Positions 51,112 to 62,583 of a stretch of DNA of 64,000 bases are shown piece by piece (positions within the stretch are counted from its first letter, which is position 1; the number at the start of each line of letters is the position of its first letter). The translations under genes were made by a program, and so were the position numbers. Source of the DNA: Tubulanus polymorphus (taxonomy: Eukaryota > Animalia > Nemertea); NCBI RefSeq assembly GCF_964204645.1, contig NC_134030.1, forward strand, positions 21,536,210 to 21,600,209, read 5' to 3'. The notes below the pieces were generated by a model that saw nothing but the letters and a program-made list of their open reading frames with translations, ran no database searches and was not told the origin of the DNA.

Positions 51112-54100
51112 TCACCTTCCTGTGAATTCGTACGGCTTAAAAATGCCGCCAATTGCAGCAGACGATTGTTTCCGTTCTACGTCGCCAGGAGGCAGCACAC
51201 TCGGTGATCTGTTCATGGCAGCCATCATGCATAGATTATGCAAATCCCTCGCCGCGCTGGCCGTCTGTGAATCGAGTAGTAATCTACGCGTGTCGATGTA
51301 GTTCGCCGGTAAGACTGGTCGTTGATTGGCTAAAAGGAATTGTTGACGCAAGTCGTTGTTGTTGGCCAACGCCACTCGTCGAAGGCCTAAACTGGCGTAA
51401 TATTCGAACAGCCCGTGGGTTGGCGCCCTTGATTCGAAATAGTTCGAGTAGATATTCGGCGGACCAATCAGCGAGTCGCACGGCCACGTCAGAGCCAATC
51501 GCTGTCGTTTGTCTTTCATTCTTCGATTTTGAAACCAGACCTTAAAAAAAATTAAACAACTCATTAGAAAAATTCAATGTCATCATTCTCAATTTTTTCC
51601 GATGTAAAAAACATCAAAACTCATGAACTATTTGGCTCATCAGGTTCGAATCCCTAAATGCACGAAGTTCAATCACAACTGGTTAGCTCTCTAAGTAGAT
51701 TCCAATCTCATGCTTTCAGATTCGAATCCCATAAAGAATCAAGTTTTATGTCATCGGATTAGAATCCCTAGATAACTGTATGCTACCAGGTTCGAATTCA
51801 TTGAAATGTACGAAGTCATATCCAGGAATTGTGTAATGCCGTCGGGTTCGAATCTTAGATAGTTGGAGTTACACCGGGTTCGAATCCCAAAATAAATCCA
51901 GTTCGATATCATCCCTAAAAGAAAAGGTTTATCATACCTTTATAGTCGACTCGGGCAGGTTCATATCAGCTGCTAACTCGTGTCGTCTCGGTCGAGATAT
52001 GTAATTCTCGCGACTGAATTCTTTCTCTAAACGATTCAACTGATCACGTGTGAACGCCGTTCTGTATCGTCTACTCGGACCGTCAATAGGGGGCGTCGTT
52101 GTGCTGCTCATTATACTAATCAACGGTTCTATAAAATAATATGATATCCCATTTTCAGATTTGACAAAAACTCAAATCGAAAAAAACTACGAAAATGGCC
52201 CTTTCACCCGCTCACTCAGCTCTGATTAACAACATCACGCCTTTGAGGTGTTAAAATTTGAACGAGTCTTTTGCCGTGTACGCCATCTAGAGGGAAAGCC
52301 GACGCGCAGGGTCTCCATTCAGACACGTGCCTTGGAAAACATTTCACAAATTACTAAATTACTGCTTTTCAAAAAATTTATTGCGTCATTGCGCGCAAAG
52401 GCAGACGATTATTACGTAATGAATAATTGATCACGTGTTCTACGACCGTTATTTCGAATCAAATATTCAGCGCCGAACGATCCCCGAGGGAGTCCGGAAA
52501 CCGTGTTTTCCCGAAAGGTTCAAATTATCTGATTATCTTCGAGCTAATTAGCGCCGGGAAACGAGAATGATGACGAAACGTGACTTTTCGACGGTTGTAA
52601 CAATCATTCATATCCAGGTTCACCGTCTAAAGGCAATCAATTATACACTGATCGATTTCAGGTGAAATTTGCTCGACGATATTTCATGATATGACGTTGA
52701 CAATTGCTCGAACGAAATCAGAACCAAAATGTCAAATACGTAAAATCATAGCCACAGAAAGAAAACAAAAGGTCTCGAGTCGTTGCTTTCAAAGAGGGGT
52801 AAAATTGTCAGACGACCAAATGGTCATGACTGAATATCCAGGGGCTGGTTGCATAGTCACGGCTTTGACTTGAGACCAGTCAAAGACCAACTTAGTTCTA
52901 TAGCCAACCTAGTAAAGTCCTAAGACCAGTCTTAAGATTTAACACAACCTTTGGACATAAGTCACTGTGCAACTAAGCCCAGGGGCTAAAATGCCAGAAG
53001 ATGGATGGAGTTCACCAACCCAAGACGATAAGTCTTCCTGATATTAGAATTATTTTCAGAGGCTCCTGAATTGGAATTTTCTTCGTGAAAAGCTTGCTGT
53101 ATGCTACCTCCACATGAATAGAAACCCGAGATCTTCACATGATGAAATAATTTTAGCCATATCATCAGTTCAGGCTGCATGAATTCGGAATTCAGTACAT
53201 TTAGTCCGACGACATCTCTTCGTTAATCAAGTTGCCATCCAATTTGCCTTATTCCTTCAAATTGGGACAGTCAGTATTCTTTTATGGGAGGCAACGAAGT
53301 GGAGGCCTTAAACATGAAACTCATCCCCTTTCAGTGAAAACCCAACGCACACGGCACCGAAAAAACGTTTTTTTCCTCGTGAAAAAAAACGTTTTCGATG
53401 TTTTTTGTCATGCCGTGTGCGGGGGAGGCGAAACAAAAAACGCCGAACTGAAAAACGTTTTTCAGGAGCAAAAACCGTTTTCTGAAAAACGTGTTTTCTG
53501 TTTCGGCGAAACAAATGTTTTGCCGTCTGCGTTGGGCTTAAGTAGTCGCACATTTCGTCTACGATAATGAAATCATTTCGAGGAAGGAAATCGGATAATA
53601 CAAATATTCAGTGGTTCCAGAACATTAAAAGAAATACTGTATTTCGTCGGACTCGATAATGATATGGGACTTGTTTTATTCACTACCACAGTGGTTCAAA
53701 GTAACATCCAAACACCCGGTTTCTATGAATGCCGTTTTTAGACTGCCCAGTTTCACTGGTCGTTTTGATACCAAATTGAGAATTTGTATTCAAAGGATTA
53801 AACAGAAATATCCTTAAAAAAAGATCGATTTCAGACCGAAAATAAATATACATCAGATCAAAGCAATCGTGGTCTAGTTCCGTAAGCGATTCTCTTTAAG
53901 AGGGTTCTAACTGCGTTATTCAAAACATCGGGAAAAATATCTTATCTAACAAATAGCCTTATCATTAATCTTACTAAATTCCGTACTTTCAATCGCAAGT
54001 TCCCAATAGAAACTGGTCGATGGACTAGTTTAGAGCGGGCTGAAAGATGTCAATTGTCTAATAATGGGATAAGGGATAAATTTGACTATCTTTTCAGTGA

Positions 54101-54573
54101 ACATATTTAAATGCAAACAAGGAATTGCACCTGGACAGGAGATTTTATACGAACACCGACCTTTTCAAATACAAATTATTATTGCGCAAACTGAAGATCG
54201 AACCGAACTTCGTAAACCGTCTATTTTTGTTGGTGAGATTATGGGAATATTTCGACATGATATAAACGCGTATAATGAATTAATAATAATAATAATAATA
54301 TGTGTCTTATATAGCGCTAAATCCAGCCAGGCTGCTCAGAGCGCTTTACATTCGTGTTAGGTCACTCGAATTGTCTTTTGTATTAAGACCAAGAGTTTGT
54401 CGAATAAATATGCGAATAATATGCGAAATTTCAAAAATCTTATTTCAAATATCAAAATGTTTTATCTGAAAGATATCAATTTCAAAATTACGCAATTTGT
54501 CACCTTTGTTGTCGGATGTTTCCGCATGTCGTTCCGGCGTCTTTTCGTCGAATTGCTTGACGACGGCTGCCAT
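51112..54573 (-). CDS. evx: Even-skipped class homeobox protein
   Basis: Exons 52128-51938 and 51540-51112 give [45 protein letters not shown]|[20 protein letters not shown] and a C-terminal FKPY motif. The probable first coding exon 54573-54504 ([11 protein letters not shown]...DNK, phase 1) is less certain and may extend upstream. Confidence 0.92.
54282..54350 (-). mobile_element. L2/MIR-type 3' tail with (TTA)n
   Basis: Minus strand reads TGTAAAGCGCTCTGAG...TAGCGCTATATAAG followed by (TTA)n. Confidence 0.55.
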
Positions 54574-55929
54574 GGTTTCAGACGCGTCTGCTTCCAATAT
54601 CGATTTTACGACGAATAGTTCTTTCCTTTGCGGAGATCGTGTTCTATCTGAACGAGAGTTTCTCAAAGTCTACCAATGATAGCATAAAATTTGTATATAT
54701 CTTGCCATAAAATGTGTGTCCCGTTTCGTTTCAAAATCAGAGTGCAACCATTTGGGCGATCGCTTCATTCAGCTTTTTTTGCGAACAGCATTGTCATTTT
54801 ACTTCGCAACACATCCTCGGAATCTTAGAATACAATCGAAGAAAAACCACATTTGCCCTTGAAATAAATCCTCGTTTCAGAGAACTGTAGAAAATCTATA
54901 GCGTAAATACTCCAGTTCGGTTCACTTCCTGTCCAGTGTGGAATTAGTCAAACTCATTCAAGTCAGTACAACTGCCGGGTTTCATGTGTGACTGGCTACA
55001 ATTTTATGGAACCAACGGTTATGAAAAGAAACTAAGAAAGTACCCGTTTAGACTCAACTTCAAAAACTAAGAGAATAGTGACGTTTAGACTCAATTCTTT
55101 GAGACATTTTCAAAAACTAAGAGAGTAGTGACGTTTAGACTCAATTCTGCGGGCCATCTTCTTTTTTTCGATTTAGTTACTGACAAAGGCTAATAGCATT
55201 GAGTCACTACTCATTTAGATTTTGAAAATGGCCCATAGCTGAATAAAGACTCAAAAGGTCACTGTTCCAAATTTGCAGGCTCATCGCAGGTCCCCCTTCC
55301 AAACTTGTTGTCCCGGCACAAAGTATCAAGTCTTAACATCACTTTTATTCTCTTAGTATTTCTTCATACCGACGACTGTGGGTTACTTTTTCATTCAGAA
55401 TCTGTATCCGAAAGAACATCACTATATTCCGTAGAGGTCCCGCGTGTGAATTGCAAGGCCGACGAATAGTACTGCGGCGCGTGCTAGTGAATTTCAAACT
55501 CATGATAATAACAATGAGGCTTTTATAGAATTCTAAATGACTCGGTCTATTTTTTATCGACAACGCACCCTCCTGCCGCTAGACGCTATTAACGCTTATG
55601 ACCGCAGATCAGCAGACGCCAGGTCCTCTGGGTCGAATAAAAACGTCGGCGTCACGTGTTCATGGCGGCGGCGGCGACGGCGTGTGACGCAACAATCACG
55701 ATCCGTTACATCGCACTATAATCGGGATAATTAGAACGCCATTAGTAAATTGAAATATCACAACGATTTTTTTTTCGCTTGTTTTTTTTTTCAATTCGAA
55801 ATATGTTTGAATTGTGTGAAGCTAATTTCAAAATAATCCGTAATGATTTGAGTTGTTATTGATAGTGGCGTCATCTGCGACCTGATCGTACCAGCCTGAG
55901 GGAGAGACAGTCGTGAGCACGTGACGTGA

Positions 55930-56340
55930 AGTGAGTTTTCAAAAATTGTGAAAATGAAATGACTAATATCTGATGTTCGTAGTTCATTTTCAAATAGAAA
56001 TGTCTCAGGTGAAGCACTGAACACATGTGAAGTGTGTGGACGATCAGTTTGTGAAAGTGTGCTGATAAAATGTCTAATATCTGGTGTTTGTAGTTCATTT
56101 TCAAATAGAAATGTCTCAGGTGAAGCACTGAACACATGTGAAGTGTGTGGACGATCAGTTTTTGAAAGTGTTCTGATAAAATGTCTAATATCTGGTGTTT
56201 GTAGTTCATTTTCAAATAGAAATGTCTCAGGTGAAGCACTGAACACATGTGAAGTGTGGACGATCAGTTTGTGAAAGTGTGCTGATGAAATGTCCAATGT
56301 CCAGTGTTTGTAGTTTATTTTCAATTAAATGTCTCAGGTA
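55930..56340 (-). repeat. Variant (111-bp) array of the 109-bp repeat, ~3.5 copies, upstream of Evx
   Basis: Same unit with an extra CA dinucleotide. Confidence 0.9.
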
Positions 56341-56998
56341 ACAGGGGTACATCAAGGATATAGATTACAGTGATGCTTTCGATTCTATGTTTGATATTGT
56401 ACGTATTAATGTTTAATGAGTGTAATCTCCTCAATGTGGCTCATCGGTTTCGTGTCTAATTCCCATTTCGAACTTCGCAATAATCACGACATCAAAACGA
56501 TCATAATCATAGCCATAACTGATGATTGCATGGCTTTTTAAACAGCTAAAGTGCTGGGTCCGGTCTATACTGACTGTGATACTGCCATCGCGTCTGAATA
56601 TTAGCTTTTTCAGCGATTTTACCCTAGTACAAGATCATAACTATCGAATAAAGAAGTTTCCAGTTTCTAGGGGCCACTTTGTGGCGGCCCCCTTAGGTCC
56701 TTACTGTTGCAAAAAATTTCACTATCTTTTGAAAACATAACTTAAGTTTTTCGCCTCACGTGAAGAAATACGCCAAAAAATCTGACGGTGAAATAGATAA
56801 ACGAACTGATCGGATGAAAAATGTCGGCTGCCGCTGGTTACTGTAAAAGGTAAACCGAAACGATCGACGAACGAAACGACTGTAAGATCACTATGTTCAA
56901 GATGTTCAACGCGACGACGCAAATCGAGCCGACAGAATATGTTTAGCACCGTCAGAATTTCGCCGAATTTTCTTCGTAGGGCATCGCAATCCGCCTGC

Positions 56999-57116
<118 letters not shown>

Positions 57117-57347
57117 AGGTTACTACTACCATTTATTCCGAAGCTAATGAAATCGGAATTTCACAAATTCGATCTCGATACGGTCGTTCGGTCGTACGCA
57201 ATTAAATCCAGTTTTCAAATATACAAAAATAGGGTCCAGAAATATATAACGTCGTGCATTAGACAATTTGAAATAAAGAATCATTTGTTGAAAAAAAGAA
57301 TCAATTTCGAAAGGCACCTTGATGTCGGAAAGTATTGACTTTATTTT

Positions 57348-57540
57348 AAGTAACGAGACGAGTAGTGCTGTATAGGTTAACTATTTATTTGACAGGTGAA
57401 TGAGTCAGTGATTCACCTGATGAAGCTTCTATTCATTAGAAACGAAAGCTCGTGCGTCAAATAAATAGTTAACCTATACAGCACTACTCGTCTCGTTACT
57501 TATCTTAAACCTGGTTAACACGGCTACTCTACGAATATTC
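57348..57540. mobile_element. Palindromic Penelope-like miniature element carrying a hammerhead motif
   Basis: Arms 57348-57393 and 57456-57501 are inverted copies. A second copy lies at 59478-59668 and a degenerate one at 5040-5125. Confidence 0.7.
57414..57454 (+). ncRNA. Minimal type I hammerhead ribozyme motif
   Basis: CAC-CUGAUGA-A-GCUUCUA(UUCAU)UAGAAAC-GAAA-G-CUC-GUG. Stem I is CAC/GUG, stem II has one mismatch, AGCU is palindromic, and cleavage is predicted after C57451. Confidence 0.62.
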
Positions 57541-57979
57541 TCATCATGACTTTATTTTGGTTACGGTATTTTTCTGTTGGTGCAAACTTTAAGCAACTCT
57601 TGAGCAACCGCAGACTCTGAGCTATTTTTCCAGTCGATCAATTACACATATTGTAAATTTACGGATCAGTTAATCGTCTGGCGATGATAACGTGACTTGA
57701 AATGTCGGTCGCCGATCTCATTATCCCAGCTGATGCACGTTCGTTCCACACGCGCGTCCAAGGATATATCCGTACACAAATAATACATCAAGCCGTATAA
57801 CCAATTTCTACGAGTACACCTCGTTCTACTGGCTCGCTCGATGTTTACGCGCGAGACTTGGGTTCGATTCCCGGTGAGCGAGTCTAATTTTACTGGATCA
57901 CGTCAAATAAAATCAAATCAAAAATACGAATGGACGGAACGAAGAATTTCTAAATCGTTTATGATTTAGACGAATCAAG

Positions 57980-58211
57980 ATGACGTTATCGACGCGTGAA
58001 GTTGTGTATATAAGTTTAATCAGTGTTTGGCTGTTGCTGGCGTTTTTGAGCAATGTGCTCGTGGTCGCTGCTGCAATGACAACACGCGCAATGAGGAAAT
58101 CTGTAACTAATGTTTTTATCTGTTGTTTGGCTGTGACTGACATGTTTTTATCGGGTGTCGTTTTACCGCAAAATGTGCACGATATCTCACACGTGGAGCA
58201 CTACGATGAAG
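57980..58211 (+). CDS. First coding exon (TM1-TM2) of a class A rhodopsin-like GPCR; later exons not identified in the window
   Basis: MTLSTREVVYISLISVWLLLAFLSNVLVV...TNVFICCLAVTDMFLSGVVLP contains the TM1 Asn and TM2 LAxxD motifs and ends at a strong donor, GAAG|gtaagt. Confidence 0.8.
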
Positions 58212-59477
58212 GTAAGTAATTAGGGGGGGGGGGGGTGGGGTGACTCCCTGTTATAGCATGTCCCACGATGATAGCCTCTAGACAGAGTGTGCGGTTTTCT
58301 ATTGTAATTAGGGTGTAGGCGGACCAGTAAGCGCCGGCCCACTCCCACTTATCACCACGGGGTAAATATCAAAAGAATTTGAATATTTGAATATTCGGTC
58401 GAAATATAGGCATTGCGTACATGAATATAACATGGGTTAGGGGTAAACTGCGATTTTTATCTCGGCCCTGGGTTACCCTGAATGACGTCACGGCAAATTG
58501 CTAATATTAGGCGGCAATGATGTAAACATCATCATCGAACCCCAGTGAAGTTCATTACTTGTTTCTGATTCCGTTACTTATTGAGAATTCATCTCCCAAT
58601 AAGGAACAAGGAACAAGTTACTTGTTACTTGTTCGACACATGAACCGAATACATTTCAAAACGCACATCGCGCCTCTTGTTAAACTTACGCGTAAAAACT
58701 GTCTAGCTGTAATTTGAAACCGGTCCCCGAAGCGAGTTATATTTATTATTCTCAATTTATTGCATCGATTTCAGCGGCTCCGCTTGAAGGTATATACACA
58801 GCTCTACTCGAGACTAGACAGAGTGATGCTCCTCTATAATCACCGGCTATTCATTTCACAACGCAATTTTCAAATGTATATTCATTAAAACAAACGCATG
58901 ACTAAAAGCGCTTTTGATTTTGATGGAAAAAAAAACAAATTCATTATAGACATTTAGTACGGTAAACATAATGATTTTACTTTCAGCCGCTTTTTTCAAT
59001 GTGCTACTAGGCCCAAACTGGAGGAGAAAAGTTGGAAAAAACGTATAGAAAATAATGCAAAATAGTTAAACTTAAATCCGTGCCCACCGGAACTGGTTCC
59101 AGGAATTCCGCGCAAAAAGGAAAAATCGACCGTACAATTTTATGTCATCTGTGACTTTACGACCAGTTGAGTGGTCAGCGATCACGGGGATAGTCGCTTT
59201 TACGTCACAGCTACAAGGATAAAATGACCAGTCGCGCGTTATACGGTAATCAAAGATGACCATAATGGCCGCGGCTGTGACAGGAAAATCGGGGCATTAG
59301 AGATTCTGTTCCTTCCTCGGTTATTAGTAGTGTATGCTACAGTTAGTTGAGTGACGATCGTATAAGAACATTGTTCCCAGTGAACGCTTTATTAGAAAAA
59401 CCGTTACATTCAACCATGGACGCGACGAGAGAAATCCGACGATGAATTCAGCCAAAAATAAAAAGTTCTCAAAAAAA

Positions 59478-59668
59478 TACTCGTAGAGTAGCCGTGTTAA
59501 CCAGGTTTAAAATAAGTAACGAGACGAGTAGTACTGTATTTAGGTTAACTATTTATTTGACAGGTGAATGAGTCAGTGATTCACCTGATGAAGCTTCTAT
59601 TCATTAGAAGCGAAATCCCGTGCGTCAAATAAACAGTTAACCTATACAATACTACTCGTCTCGTTACT
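59478..59668. mobile_element. Second copy of the hammerhead-bearing palindromic element (cleavage triplet mutated)
   Basis: CUGAUGA at 59585-59591, a perfect stem II and GAAA, then UCCC instead of GCUC. Confidence 0.7.
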
Positions 59669-60460
59669 GATCAAAAAATATTAAGATGATTATATTTTGA
59701 GCAACGTTTACTACTACTAGCCATCATCATAGGCTGATAGTATTCAGCCGAAGCGTTGCTCGAAATATAATCCTTCTTATATCGAACTTTTCATGTTTGG
59801 CGGAATTTATTGTCGGATTTCACTCTCGTTAATCATCATTACACGGATATTGTCTCATTCAATCATGAATATAGTTTGTCCTATTTGCATGGCCAAATGT
59901 CTGTACTGTTAGCGTGGACATCTTTGTCCTATTTGCTAGCACTTTATTCGTTATATTCGCTTGGATGTTTTTGTTCTGTTCGCTCGTACATTTTTAGTAA
60001 AAAGTAAATGAATCACGTATTAATCAACCATTTATAATTTCTTTTTGTTTCAATTATTCATAAACCCGGCAGGCGAATGATATTGATTATTTCGTATTTG
60101 TACGGCCTTGTGGAAGTATCTTTTATAAAATCTGACGACAAGTTAACCCTGCCGTAGGGGAATTTATGTAGGCATCAATCTTTTTCTAGAAAATGTGTAT
60201 TGATCAAAGCGAACCTAGCAATTTGATTAAATTACCGCATAGAGGGAATTAGGTCACCATTTAATGATGTCATATGGGAATTCACGGAGGAAGTAACGTT
60301 TTACTTTGAAAGCGTCCGTCTGTAAATCAATACAGACCGTGCGATTTAATGAGACGTCAAAGGTTGATCTAAAGGCAGACATAATGGTATTGAATCAGCC
60401 ATTTTAATTAATTTGACAATATTCATCATCTGTTGAGCATCTATTAATTGTAAGCAAGCA

Positions 60461-61218
60461 GACAGTCGACAGTATGACAGACAGTAGACAGCGTGACAGA
60501 CGGTCGACAGCGTGACAGACAGTCGACAGCGTGATAGACAGTCGACAGTATGACAGAGTCGACAGCACGACAGACGGTCGACAGCGTGACAGACAGTAGA
60601 CAGCGTGACAGACGGTCGACAGCGTGACAGACAGTAGACAGCGTGACAGACGGTCGACAGCGTGACAGACAGTCGACAGCGTGACAGACGGTCGATAGCG
60701 TGACAGACAGTCGACAGTATGACAGAGTCGACAGCACGACAGACGGTCGACAGCGTGACAGACAGTCGACAGCGTGACAGACGGTCGACAGCGTGACAGA
60801 CAGTCGACAGCGTGACAGACGGTCGATAGCGTGACAGACAGTCGACAGTATGAGAGAGTCGACAGCACGACAGACGGTCGACAGCGTGACAGACAGTCGA
60901 CAGCGTGACAGACGGTCGATAGAGTGACAGACAGTCGACAGTATCACAGAGTCGACAGCACGACAGACGGTCGACAGCGTGACAGACAGTAGACAGCGTG
61001 ACAGACGGTCGACAGCGTGACAGACAGTCGACAGCGTGACAGATGGTCGATAGCGTGACAGACAGTCGACAGTATGACAGAGTCGACAGCACGACAGACG
61101 GTCGACAGCGTGACAGACAGTCGACAGCGTGACAGACGGTCGATAGCGTGACAGACAGTCGACAGTATGACAGAGTCGACAGCACGACAGACGGTCGACA
61201 GCGTGACAGACAGTCGAC
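60461..61218 (+). repeat. CpG-rich minisatellite of 19-nt (and 17-nt) units with higher-order structure
   Basis: Variants of CGACAGCGTGACAGAC(A/G)GT, giving a 19-aa periodicity in all three minus-strand frames. Confidence 0.93.
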
Positions 61219-61319
61219 ATCGGCAGGAGATTGTAGAAAGATCGTTTCAATTGCTTTCATACTGAATCATTGAACAGATGAAATTTACATTTAAAAGCAT
61301 ACCATGGAACTAAATAACT

Positions 61320-61430
61320 GGGTCCAGTTCCACAGTTGTGAGTTAAGATTGAACTCAGAGTTAACTCATTCAAAATGAACTAATTTTAACTCAGAGTTAA
61401 CTCTAACTCACAACTGTGGAACTGGGTCCT
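61320..61430. mobile_element. Short palindromic MITE (CCAGTTCCACAGTTGTGAGTTA...TAACTCACAACTGTGGAACTGG)
   Basis: TIRs present. Further copies at 63140-63243 and, interrupted, 5746-6133. Confidence 0.8.
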
Positions 61431-62479
61431 GAATATCAATACAATGAAGATTAATTGTGAAGATAAAATATATATCGTCGAAAGCCAAATAAATCTTATT
61501 TCATCAGTTCTTCAGAGGCATCTGTTTCCAGAGCCACGTTTGAAATGTGAAACTATTGGTGTTTGTGAAAAGTCGTCACTGTTTGGTCACAGTTTGTATC
61601 GATGTGAATATTCTGTTCTTCAAAGATCGGATAAATCCGAGCATCTGTTGAACAAACGGTGGGATATGGATGATGAGTTCTGTAAATATCTCCAAATCAA
61701 GTCAAATGCCACAAGCAACAGGAAAGGCAAGCACGGTATTAGGCGGAATGGAATATGTGATTATTTGTCTAGACCGGATTGATGCGTGACGATGCGAGGA
61801 CATCGTGACCGGGCTGCTTGCTTTAGACCTTTATCTAATCGCTCAGGGCACGGATTCGCCTTCCGGAATTCCGCAAAAATCATCAATTCAATTCATTTTT
61901 ATTCCTTCATCACAACTTCTCGAAAGCGATATTTTCTTATCATGTACATCTTAGATTATGTGGTAAATACATAAGTTATAATACTTATTTTCATTTTTCC
62001 ATTTTTTTGTGCATCCTTCAATTCCAAAACTAGAAAAAAAAATTTTTCATTTCCTTAAAAAGAATCCGTGCTCCAAGCGATTAAAAAAGGCCGTTACCGT
62101 CACCTCTTTAAACCCACGTCTATCTTTCCATCCAATTCACCTAAATCGACCCCAATTGCCGAGCTCTATAGAGCCGGTACAACAACACGTAGATATATAA
62201 AATCGCGGATATTTTTCGATAAGTATCGATTAAAAATAATCGTCTGCGTTTGCGATACTGAAATAAATAACAGAAGGCGAAACTAGAATTCGTTAAAGAT
62301 AGATCGAAAATTCGAGAATTTCGATCATCGCCACATTTTACGCGATATTCAGAGACTCAGCAATTTAACGGTCTATTCCTTTTAGAAGTGTATCGAATTT
62401 ATTTCGATCTCTTGGCCTCCTCTGATTCAGCCCCCCGCTACGTTTAAAAGCTTTTTAGTCGTTTTCACTAATGCGGGTA

Positions 62480-62583
<104 letters not shown>

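Noticed and set aside
58775-58789. Possible 15-nt micro-exon of the GPCR (ttcag|CGGCTCCGCTTGAAG|gtatat)
   Set aside because: Phase-compatible but too short to support without transcripts; no TM3-TM7 exon was found in the window.
60346-61260. 304-aa Cys-rich ORF and overlapping ORFs
   Set aside because: All three frames give the same 19-aa periodic peptide from a 19-nt minisatellite, and the start is non-ATG.
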